A stretch of DNA of 62,349 bases, counting the filler, from Sluysia triapertura (taxonomy: Eukaryota): the NCBI GenBank assembly GCA_046118255.1. It is 5 parts of 5 records of this genome, joined end to end, with 100 filler letters (N's around TTAATTAATTAA, not from the genome) between each part and the next. Parts side by side here need not be neighbours in the genome. Positions count along the whole stretch, not along the records: positions 51,002 to 62,349 come from JBJNIA010185690.1; 4 more parts are not named here. The stretch is one strand, 5' to 3'. The position numbers and the translations under genes are program-made. A model generated the notes under the pieces. That model saw only the letters and a list, made by a program, of their open reading frames with translations, was not told where the DNA came from and did not search any database. Positions 50,902 through 62,349 of the stretch are shown here, one piece after another. The stretch's first letter is position 1. Each line of letters starts with the position of its first letter.

Positions 50902-51001
50902 NNNNNNNNNNNNNNNNNNNNNNNNNNNNNNNNNNNNNNNNNNNNTTAATTAATTAANNNNNNNNNNNNNNNNNNNNNNNNNNNNNNNNNNNNNNNNNNN
51001 N
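50902..51001. other. Artificial contig-joining linker
   Basis: Same 100-nt linker. Confidence 0.97.
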
Positions 51002-51856
51002 AATTCCAACACTATCCTTAAAATATTTTAATTCGATGTGAATTCATCTTTACTTACGAGCAAAATATAATTCTAGTAAATATTTATAATTCATAATAAA
51101 TACAATTTTACAAAAATATGTTGTTAATATTCACGGTATAAATAAATAATTTGTTTTCTTCTGCATCTGTTTTCATGCATTTTGTATGTTTTATTTTTAG
51201 TTGTGTCAGTTATCGGTGAAGCTTTGCTAAATCTTTTTCTTACTTAATCTTTTGATAGGTAAAGTCAAAAGAAAGCCCACTGTAATTAACATGAATCATG
51301 CAATGATCATTATTAAATTCATGTAACCAAACAAAATACTGTTGGTGTTTATTTTACTCACTTGTCGAAATTTTAATGAGAAACTTATTGTAATTAAGAA
51401 ATTAAATTAAATATCTGAACAATCAATACAAATGTAAATTTTTAGAAGAATAATTTGAGACAAACATTCCAAATTCTAAAAAATTTGATTTTATTTTTAT
51501 ATTAAAGTAAATTTATTTCAAGTTGCATTTTAAAGTTTTAAAATGCATGTAAAATTTTGCATAAATTAATGCTTGATCCAAAAGCTTGGTATCTTAATAT
51601 TGATTAGATGATAGATACTTATAAACTTTGGTCCTTTATATTACAATGTTTGAATTACTTTAAAAATATTTTATAAAATAACTGATAAACAAACTATTAA
51701 ATAAATTTCTTTGTTTTTTTAATTAAGAACTTTATATTGTATTTTCTTTTTTTACTTGTAATCTAGTAATTATTTGTTTCAATTTTCGATGATGTTATGA
51801 TTCATTTTAAAATGATTTTTGTGAACATACTTTAAAATTTAAAAATTATTATTTTT

Positions 51857-54800
51857 ATGACTAATTATTTAGGTAAAAAAATAAGCCTTATATCTAAAGC
51901 TGAAATTAGATATGAAGGTATTTTATATACTATTGACTTTAATGAGTCTACTGTCGCTCTTTCGAAAGGTAACTGATAAACATTTTATTTTATTTGTAAT
52001 AAGTGAAATCATTCGGAACAGAAGGCAGGCATGTTTCAAGGCCTATATTACCACGTGATGAAATTTATGAATACATTATTTTTCGTGGTAGTGATATTAA
52101 GGACATAACTGTTTGTGAATACAATCCATGTATAGAAGATTCATCCATTGTTCATATCGTAATTAATATATTTGTAACATTTTGTATTTAAGGAACATCA
52201 AACTCCTAAGTCACCCGAAAATAAAACTGAAGCAAAAGTAAACGATTCTAAACAATCGTTCCCACATTCTAATTTTTCTCCTGTAGAAGAATCGTCACGA
52301 AAAGATTCATACACTCATGATACATTTTATAATAAAGAAATCAAAGATCAAAAAGTTAAAAATGAAGATATAGAAAAGGTAGCATCAAATGATTTTCGTA
52401 TTTTTATGAATCGAGATCAACATCAAACCAATCGAAAAGATTTTGAATATCACAATTATAATCGTCGTGATTATCATCGATCAAGAATGAATAGAAATAG
52501 TTACGAAACTGGTATTTTTGGATTACCTAATAATAAATCTTTTGGAAATAGTCAAAATAAAGGTGCCCCAGAATCAATATCAGTGGATTTCGATTTTGAG
52601 TCATCTAATGCGTTAATGGTTGAAGAATTAGCTAAATTGTCAGTAGATAAAAAAGTCTTTCCGGATACTGCATCAGACGCTGATGAAACTATTCCGAAAG
52701 TGTATTATGACAAAGATAAATCATTTTTTGATAATATCAGTTCGGAAACTCAAAATCAGCAGTTAGTCCATTAAGAATATTTTTGTCATAACTCTTATTT
52801 ATGGTATTAAACTTTTAAATTGAATATTGTCAACTTTTAATAGAATTTGACAATAAATCATTTTTGAGTAGTTTTAAACAAGTCAATAAAAGCCGCGTTT
52901 AGGCTTGTTTCTTTTTCTGAACAAGAGAATACCCATTCAATAATTTATTTTTCTAAAATCGCGATTAATTTTTTAAAATTAATATTCTGAGGTCGAAAAG
53001 CAAACAAAGGTAGAATAATGAAATTTTGAATATAGACTATTTTATTAGCAAGTCGAAAAGGTTGTGAATGAAGAAACGAAACAAACCAGCATATAACTAT
53101 ATGTCAAATGAATGTGTAATTAAATTTTTTATGACCAAAATAATTTAGAAGAAATTTAATGTATTAATGAAATGGACCGTATATTTGAATTAACAGCAGG
53201 GCAAATTTAACTATATAATAATAAAGTAAGTACTCAAAGGCACTTAAAATAAATTAAGTTTCAGAAATAAATCTTTTAATATTTCACAGGCTCCGGTATT
53301 TGGCATTCTCTGGCAGCTGGTTGTATATTTTTAGAACAAATGGTACATAACCTATCACCTATTTTATTATTACTGTGGATTCTGCATAAATTGCTATATC
53401 TTAAAGACATTCATTTTGGTTTTCAAAGTCTTTATTCCCAAGAATGGAAATGAAGAATAAATTTGCCTTAATATATCATTTGAAAATACTATAAAGCAGT
53501 GTTAAAACATGAAAAAGCGGAAAGATACAACTGCCTAACTACTCATTGATGATTATTATCTAAAGTAACTTTTGTTTTATCAATTGTGATAGTAATTTTT
53601 TATCACGAAAGTAAATTAAATTTGATTATCAAATTTAACCACTTTTGTAAGTGAGCATTAATCATATTTGAATTAGTTTTATTTGATTAAATTTTACTTA
53701 ACGAATTATTCTAATCCAATTGCATTCGATTAATTATGAGGACTCGAAATTAGGGATAAATAAAATATCTAAATTTAAATAATTGGTAATTTAAGTTATA
53801 ATTATGTACTTAATTAGGTGTGATCTCTTTAACTGCATACTTTAATATACTTTAAATATGTTTCCGCACCCACGCGAAATGATAAGTAGTAAGAGGTTTG
53901 TCTATAATGAGTGTCTTATAACCTAATGGTAGGCACCTTTATACGATTTTATCAATAATAATTGTAGTTTAAGTCAGTCATAATGTATATATTCGGAGGG
54001 CAACTATTTAGCGATATTTTTGTACTGATAATGCTTTATTAATCTTTACAATGCAATTTGTATACTTCAGTTTTAATCTTACTAATTTAACTATTATCAA
54101 ATTTGACTATTACACAATGTACGCAAGCTTAAGGAATGTCTATGCTGATTATTAATTATGTTATAAATGATAAAGTAAACGACATGTATTATATTACGAT
54201 TTTGTTTCGTGGAAGTTATATTAAATTAAACAGTTGTATTGCAGAACAAAAAATTGATAATAAATACAAATATATTGAAGAACACAATAAGAGGTAATAA
54301 ACCGAATTTATATTAAGTTTTACTTATTATAGTGTTAATTAAAGATTATTTTAAAAATAACGTAAAAACTGCAAAAATACTTAAGAAGTTGAGTGTATTT
54401 AAAAATTGTCTTAAGCAGTGTTTATTGAGAATCCTAGTGATCTTTACTATACAATTTCCCAAATGATCGGTGACGAACGAATTGCAAAAAACTTTAAATT
54501 TATCATCTGATACTTTAACGTATTGAATGTCAAATATCGATGTTTCTTAGTGATTTGCGATTCTAATATAGTTTGCCTCGTAAGTTTTAATCCATGTTAC
54601 ATAGGATGAATGATTTTTTGCAAATATCGAGTGAAGTTATCACTGAAGGTTAACAAATATTCAAAACACTACTTCGAATTGTTAGCGAAGATCAATAATT
54701 ATTCAAATCACCAAGTATTGTCATATAATATAATTCTTACAATAATATTATAATGTAATATAATAATAGAAGTAAACTAACAAATTTATTTCTCGTCTTT

Positions 54801-55560
54801 TACATTGAAAAATCATCTTATAGTAATTTTCTACTATTAAACTTTGGCCAATAGTTTATTATGTAATAATTTTCTGTGGTTGATTTTCTTTAGTTGATTC
54901 TTTCTTAAATTGTATTATTATATCATATTGCTTTACCATTTTTGCTATAATCTACATAATATTACTTCATACTTTATATAATTTTAATAAAGTATACTAT
55001 CATAATGAATTGTTAGATTTTATAATGTTTATTGTCATACATACAATATTCTAAGAAACAATTTCAAGCTTAATTTGTAAATAAAATAAAATAAAATTTA
55101 TCTGATTTTTGCCCTTATAATTATTATATAATGTTATTAGTTTTTCTTTAGTCACTTTTTATAATGTAAATTTGGACTAATTAACAATTTCAATTTTAGA
55201 GATCAACGTCGGAATGAACGTAAAATTAACCAAGAAACATTTGGAGGCGATATTTCTGAGTCACCTTCAATGTATCGCAGAGGTAATTATCGTGGTTACA
55301 AACGGGGTAGTGGTTATAATCGTGGTTATAATCGCGGCGATGGTGGTAATAATACTAATACTTACCATAGCCAAAGAGGTGAGCATCATGGTTTTATACG
55401 TCGCGCTGGTAGCAATACTTCATACAGAGGAAGTTCACGTGGATATTCTACAAATGCTGGATTATTATCACGTAGAGGAGCAAGCAGCGGATCCGGAGTA
55501 TTAGCTTCAGAAAAAGGCTTAAAGCAGAATGATTCTTCTTTTGGTTCAAATAATGACTAA
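51857..55560 (+). CDS. LSM14: LSM14/RAP55/Trailer hitch/CAR-1 family P-body protein; exons 51857-51968, 52004-52158, 52193-52761, 55200-55560
   Basis: [50 protein letters not shown] (LSm14 domain), DFDFESSNA (FDF), [15 protein letters not shown] (FFD), [10 protein letters not shown] (TFG) and an RGG-rich tail. GT-AG introns of 35, 34 and ~2440 nt keep the frame. Confidence 0.95.
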
Positions 55561-57873
55561 ACTAAAGAAGATGCATATATCGTTGTCTGTGTTTATTTAT
55601 GTATGAAAATTTTTAATAAATAAAGTTTTTATCAGGAAATTTATAATTGTTCTAATTATATTTATTATTGGAGAAGTTTTAAAAAATTTTAATCAAAAAA
55701 CTGAAACTCAAGAAAAAATGTTGCACTTAAATTTTTCGAACTAGATAAAGCAAAAAATAATGCAATTGTTGTGTTAGAATGTACCCAAGAAGAATTTCTG
55801 GTGTTCGATTTATAGTTTTGGAAAATATAAGTATCATAAAATAATATTCAATTAAATTATGCAAAATATTGTTTGTCGTAATTTATAAAAATATCCTTAT
55901 TTTCAAGTTTTCAAGATTTCTCAATTTCTTGATATATGGAATATGACATTTTAGAATTTGAAGAATCTTTAACAATGAGGGATAATTGCTTTGTAAGTTT
56001 TAATTTATATAATATTGTCAATACAAATAAATATAAATATTGATTTATTAATTTAAAATTTCGCTAGTAAAATGTGATAATTTTCATGCTACTTCAAGCG
56101 CTTAAGTTGGTCGTTTTAATGGATAAAGTTTAATTGTTTCAAGAAATGTATATCGTAGTAAGTTTTGTGGTACCGAATATATTTAAGCCAAAAATGAGAA
56201 AAAAGAATCACTGATTGAATTAGATATTTTATAGTTTTATTTTTATCACAATACACAGAGTTTGTCAAGCATTTATTTACTGATTAATAGAATAATAACA
56301 GAATTATGATAATAAATAAAAATAAAAATTTTAATGATAATATTAATTATCCCAAACGTGTGTTTTAAAAATTATTTTTTAAATGGTGTAGCCCTAAGTC
56401 GAAAACTGAAAAAATGGCATGGTACCCGCACGTGACAATGAATACAAATACGCAGAAAATTTAAAATTATTTAAAACGAGATTGACGTTAATATAAATTA
56501 ATTGTCACAATATAATTATTACACAAAAATTCTGTATGAAAATTTATCAACAATAATTGACAAAAACTTGCGAATTCTAATAGTAAACCAGTGTATTTAC
56601 ATAATAAATGTTTTAACCAAATCTTTAAATTCATGGAACCACTTTAATACAATTTTCATTAGAATTACAATTTCATTACAAAGATCTGAAAAATAAAATA
56701 GACAGTAGTTCGATTTCTTGCAGGATTTCCGTTACATTAATAAAGTAACTGAAATTTTCACAATCATTCGTAAAATTTTGTCCTGCCATTTTGGAAAGGC
56801 ACTTAAAATCATTAATAACTTATTGAAGAACATTTAAAGTATCTTTAAATTAGTAAAGTCTCGAAGTATTGTATATCTACATTCTTGTTGATACCTTTTT
56901 CTAATTGTCACCTCTTATAAAAATATTAAATCTATATTTTAAGTAGTGGAACAAAATCACATTGTTTTGATATCCATTGTCATTTGTAACTCTCGTTTTA
57001 AATAGACTTGTAAAATCATGTATTAACTAATTTTAAAAGAATGTTATTAAATAAATTTTATCATTAAAATGCTTTAAAGAATTGACGTACTTACTAATTT
57101 GAGAAGTTATATTTGATCTTCAACATATTTAATAATTTTATCTTATTGACAGGCCAATTGCTGCTAGTCTTGGATCACCGGCGAACTCTATCTAATTATC
57201 GTTTGACGCATCATTTTGTGAAATTTTTTTTAGAAGAAACATAACTGCAATAAAAGCGTTTGTGCATAACTGACAATTCGGATACAAAGCTAATGTATTG
57301 CTGTATAGGTTACACTTAATATTAATTAGTTGTTTATTTTATATATAGACGAATTGATAGGATAACTATTCTGAGCATGATTGTGGTGCTATCTAATGAC
57401 ATAGTTTGATTCATAAGAATTATATTCATTATGGAATATATTAAAATATTTAGTCCATTCATGATCAAAAATTGTTTAGGGTACATAAATAAATTGTTTT
57501 TCGAATATTTACGTTTATGTACATAAAAAGCGATTCGTCAAAATTAATAGTGTTATTTTGAAAGTTGTTTACATATATTACCAATGAACCTTCATCGTAA
57601 TAATAATTGAAATGAATGCTTTTCAAGATGAATCCTAAGGATCTTGCGAAACTTAAATTTAGAGTCTTGCAAGGTGTCAATGCATTGACATATATCATAT
57701 ATCTATTCATTTAATTTTTGGAGCACATAACACATCTTTAATTTGAACTTTCTGATAACAAATAGTTAAGAATTTAAAGCGTACCTTATTTAAGAGGCAT
57801 CGAGTGGTATTTTTAAAATAGTTTCATTCTTTCGATTTTATCTTTTTGGAACTGATTATTAAAAAATGAGTAA

Positions 57874-58028
57874 TGTTAGACTTAATTAAATGGACTTACC
57901 GGGATTCTAACCCCGACCCTCTTACCTCACATTGTGCAGTCTTGATCACTGAGCTATCATAGCGGTCTAACAATTTTATTTTTTTATTATAGTCAATTTT
58001 ATACTATCATTATTCTAAATGGCACTTT
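57874..58028 (-). mobile_element. tRNA-Ala-derived element with inverted termini, copy 4 (diverged)
   Basis: TGTTAGAC(57874)..GTCTAACA(57972); reverse strand reads TGATAGCTCAGTG..CCCGGTAAGTCCATTT; full-length arm ATAGTCAATTTTATACTATCATTATTCTAAATGGCAC ends near 58025. Confidence 0.8.
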
Positions 58029-59581
58029 ATTCTCTTAACATACACAAATTCTACAAAGTAAACAGTAAAACTTTTACAAATAAATAAAATATAATAACTA
58101 TAATGATTTTAATATATTAAGCTTAAGGCTTAGATATTTATCAAATATCGAATTTTAGTTAAAAATTAACCTAACCATTTACGGTCTAGGACAAATAAAT
58201 GAATTTTAAGTATTATTTTTAAAAAACTCTATTTTGTTAAGATTAGAGTGTTATTACACATAAATAAAAAATGACCTCTTCATGGAAGTATACATAGCTG
58301 CATAAATTAATGATTTCCAAATTTGTATTAAAATTACTGAGTTAATTCAAAAAATTTCTCTGTTTATATATTAATAGAATCCATGTTGAAATTCATGTGA
58401 AAAGTAATACATTTAAATTTTGGTTTTAAATATTTAGTTAAATTTTTCTTTGGTTTTTTAAATATTCTTTTTAATTAAATTTTTCTTAAATTATTAATTT
58501 AACTTGTATTAAATTTTATTTTAATTTTTTAAAACGTTTATAATATTTTAATAATATTTATATTATTTTTTATAATATAAATAATAATAATAAAAACAAT
58601 TATCAGTAATTATCAATAATAATCATCATCCATTTTCAAAATAAAATGTTTTTAATGTTTAATGCATCTAAAAATAAACCAAACTCCAACAATTTGAATA
58701 CATGATATTCTGTGGTCAAATTACCAAATTAACAAGTACATACGTAATTATATGTTTGCGAAAAATATCTAAGCCTTACAATAAATTAATGTTATTATTA
58801 TTGTTATTATTCTAATTCTTATATTATTAATTTTAAAATTATTATTATTGTAGAATAATTATTATTGTAGATTAATTATTATAATTTTAATACACTATTA
58901 TTATTTGATTACTTATTATTATTACTATTATTATTACAATTATCGTTATTATAATATTGTTACTACATCTAAACCAAGGGTGATGCAAACAAAACTGTAA
59001 TGTTCCAAACATCACACAAATATAAAAATGCAATGCAGTTTTAATGTTGTTGAATTTAATGTTTTTATATTTAGTGGTTTTATCGTTAATACGCTATTAA
59101 TTAGATTAACAAACATTAATTCATGAAAAGAAATATTAAATTTATAAACTTTTAAAACGTTCTCTTTATAAACGTGGACTTAAGGTCCTTGATAATATAA
59201 ATTGAACAAAAAATCTCTATGTATTACGCGACTTGTAAAAACAACAATAATAGAACGTGAATAATATATTGTCAAAATTACTTTATATATTTTATTGTCT
59301 TACAATATTTTATTTTGTAGATATTAATTTTTATTTTATATAAATATTATCTTTATTATAATTAGGTAAATAAATTAAATTTATAAAATGATAAGATTAA
59401 ATTTATAAAATAATAAGAAAAAATTAATAAATTAAAAAAGTATGAAATTTAAATAAAATTTGAAAAAAATAAAATAAAAAGTTTGAAAGTAAGAATTTAA
59501 AAAATAAAATTTAAATTAGTAATAATTAATAAAAGTTAATTTGCTTTAAACAATCAATTTTTTAAATTGCTGAAAGACAAC

Positions 59582-60065
59582 ATGGAAGACTACAAATTTT
59601 GATATAAATAGGTTAGCAAATTTCTAAAATACAAAACAAAAATTTTTACAGTTTAGGTAACTCTTGATTTTCAGAAGAATTGTTTTTATCCACGAACAAG
59701 TAATTTTATTTTATCAAGATTGATTCACCAATTTAGGGAATCATAAAATCATACTTAAAGTAATTTTTATTTCATGCAACATCTTAAAAGGAGTTGCGAA
59801 ATTTCCTCATGAATTTTCATTACAATCAACCGAGGTTGAATTGCACAATATAAAATTATTATTACAATTATTGTTTATTTTTTGGGGTGTAATTTTTAGT
59901 GTAAGTAAATTTTTTTAATAATAAACCTTAATGAGTTAGGTTTCATTAATCTATAGACTGAATTAATTTTTAATAAACTGAATTTTTAAAGCAACATCTT
60001 AAGAAGGGTTGCGCAATTTACTAAAATATTATTAATTTTTAAAGTAACACTTTAATACGGGTTGC
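59582..60065 (+). repeat. Inverted-orientation homolog of 19184-19744 (small spliced gene remnant plus palindrome array)
   Basis: GCAACATCTTAAAAGGAGTTGC (59776), TCAACCGAGGTTGA (59826), GCAACATCTTAAGAAGGGTTGC (59991) and a degenerate copy at 60042; ATTCACC..TAGGGAAT is shared with 19546-19562. Confidence 0.8.
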
Positions 60066-62349
60066 GTAATTATAAAATATCTAATTAATAAATTAATTAA
60101 ACTCTTAACTTTATTGATATCCTACTCTAAGTATATGAGTAGTAAAAAACTTTATTAAGTAAAAGTATTAAAAATCCTAATAGTACGTCTCCAAATAGTA
60201 TATATTAGGCTAACCGACTCCTTAGATATTTTGTAAGATTAAGTTTTTAATAGAAAAACTTGAAATAAAAATAGCTAACATTGTTCATTTGATAACATAA
60301 GAGATTACGTACAATTTGACAAGCCAAGCTCCGGCAATCAGCAACGTCTCCAGCAACACAGCATATAGGTTCCGATATATTCTCCGAGCGATCCTCCTGT
60401 CTCATAAACAATCTATTTACTTTATAACGATACTATATAACGCATCTATACTAAAGTTTGATAACTTAAACGATTCTAAGTAAAACACAATCATATCGTA
60501 TCCTCTAACTGACATCATTAAACATCCAAAGGTTTGTTTCATGAACATACAAGTCTTTTGTTCATTCAGTCTTTAATTCACGTCAATTCAAATTTAAAAT
60601 TTTAATTTGTCTTTGTGTTTTATTTTTAAAGACGGTACAGCTATCGACATAAGAATCTTATTATAATTAATTAACTTAATGTTACTCGATGTACTTAGTG
60701 TCGGACGTGCGGTCACACGTTGAGTAATCGTTGTCAAATATGCAACGGACTTTACACATTTTGCTCTATAACTTTTTGTCTGAAACTCTCGAAAAATGAA
60801 TCAAGGAAATTCAGTAAATAATACACATTGAGAACGTTCAGAATAATATTTTAAAATATGACAATGTCTTAAACTATCTTGCAAATTAAGCAATTTTCTG
60901 CGTACAACTTGATTATATAACGTATAACAAATATAATCAACAGTTTTACAAAACACTCGTCTAACTGGTTGAGAATAATTTTCAAAATTACTGATATCTC
61001 TAAAAATATTTTGAATTAGTCTAGAACCCTTTTCGGATTCCATTCTGAGAAAAGTTTGTCTCTAAGAACATCATCGCTGAGGAATGTTTCATATCTCTCA
61101 ACGTTAATTCTCATAAATGTTTAACATCTAACAACGTTAATTATAAGAAATGTTTGATATCTAACAACGTCGTAATCTATTCTAAATCTATTTAAAACCT
61201 GCATAAGGAAACTCATAATATTTTAAATTAAAGTCTCAATAACTTCATAGTGAATATACATCATCTGAGCAGTAATACGAATATTTGTTTATTTTTAGCT
61301 AATTCAAAAATCATAGTAAAATATGTAAGAAAATAAATTGCAATAAAATGTATGATTATAAAATTAAATTGTAAAATTTTAGAGTATTAAAATTAAAATT
61401 AAATTATACTAAAAATAACAAAAGAAAATTAGGATCATATTATGATACGGAAGTAATCACGCATTCAAAAAAATAATATAATTTTTTAATTAACGTATAA
61501 TTTTTAATTAAAAAATAATTTTTTGTAAAATGTAATTTTTAACAAAAGGATAATTTTCACCAAAAACATTAATTTATTACGTAGAATTTGGAGTCATAAT
61601 GGTTCCGTACTTAAAATTGTGCTAAACGGTTGGTAGATCATTAAAAATAAAAATAAATTAAAAAATGATAACTGATAATGGCTATGATGAGGACTCATTC
61701 AATAAAAGGCATAATATTTACGTATTTGGTTATTACAATTTGATCTAATTGATTTGAGTTTAATTACAAGATTTTGTGGTTTGAAGTTTTATAATTCATG
61801 AATTGTGTGGAGCACAGTGAATTAATAATGTGTGAAGTTTATTTGGTGTAATATAATTGCTGATAAATTTAACGGTTAAATATATTTTAGCGTAGGATTT
61901 TTGTATTGCGTAAGTTGAAGTAGTGATATGTAGAAAATATTTTATATGTAATTATGTATAACTAGAATTGACTTTTATGAATTTGTGTATGAGAACGACG
62001 ATGAGATTACAGTGTGTGGTTGAAACACCGCAGCAGTAACTAACTTTTTCAATCAACAATCAAAAAATATGTCCGATATAAGGCTTTCCGCACATTATTA
62101 AAAAATATTTTAGCTAGATTTTTTATAATAATCATTGAAATTATTACAAAATACCTTGATTATACTTGTCTCTTAATATCATATCGATAGGCTAAAAATA
62201 ATCAAAATACACTCAATCTCTATGAGATAACACATACCCAAATCAATCTGATGTCATATTTCCAATCTATGTGAAAAATCCCTATGACTAAAATTAAAGT
62301 GTATTAAAACTTGTTTAACTTTAACTTTAAATTATATAATGTACTTTTG

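Overview
This is very AT-rich eukaryotic (animal-like) genomic DNA, not prokaryotic. It consists of five contigs joined by artificial 100-nt N/TTAATTAATTAA/N linkers, so adjacency across the linkers is unproven. Two intact host genes are visible: PGAM5 (16886-17721, +) and LSM14/RAP55 (51857-55560, +). Both have 33-35 nt introns, which suggests a compact parasite genome; an orthonectid such as Intoshia is an unverified guess. There are also isolated EF-hand and copine C2 exons. Most of the rest is decayed mobile DNA: piggyBac, DD39D-like, DD41D, mariner, Tc1/IS630, hAT MITEs, Gypsy pol and solo LTRs, and LINE remnants. Three structures are not explained by standard annotation. (1) A four-copy ~100-180 bp element whose core is a tRNA-Ala-like Pol III unit enclosed in nested inverted repeats. 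(2) A three-copy family of intron-containing genes with a single Unkempt-type CCCH finger; one copy lies between LTR-like direct repeats attached to a Gypsy pol and is mirrored by an inverted paralogous cassette. (3) A decayed multi-gene island (19-26 kb) with Gag-like, RING, predicted membrane/glycoprotein and small spliced genes next to an array of GCAAC-N12-GTTGC palindromes that recurs at 59.6-60.1 kb. All protein assignments are by-eye motif recognition; no searches were run.
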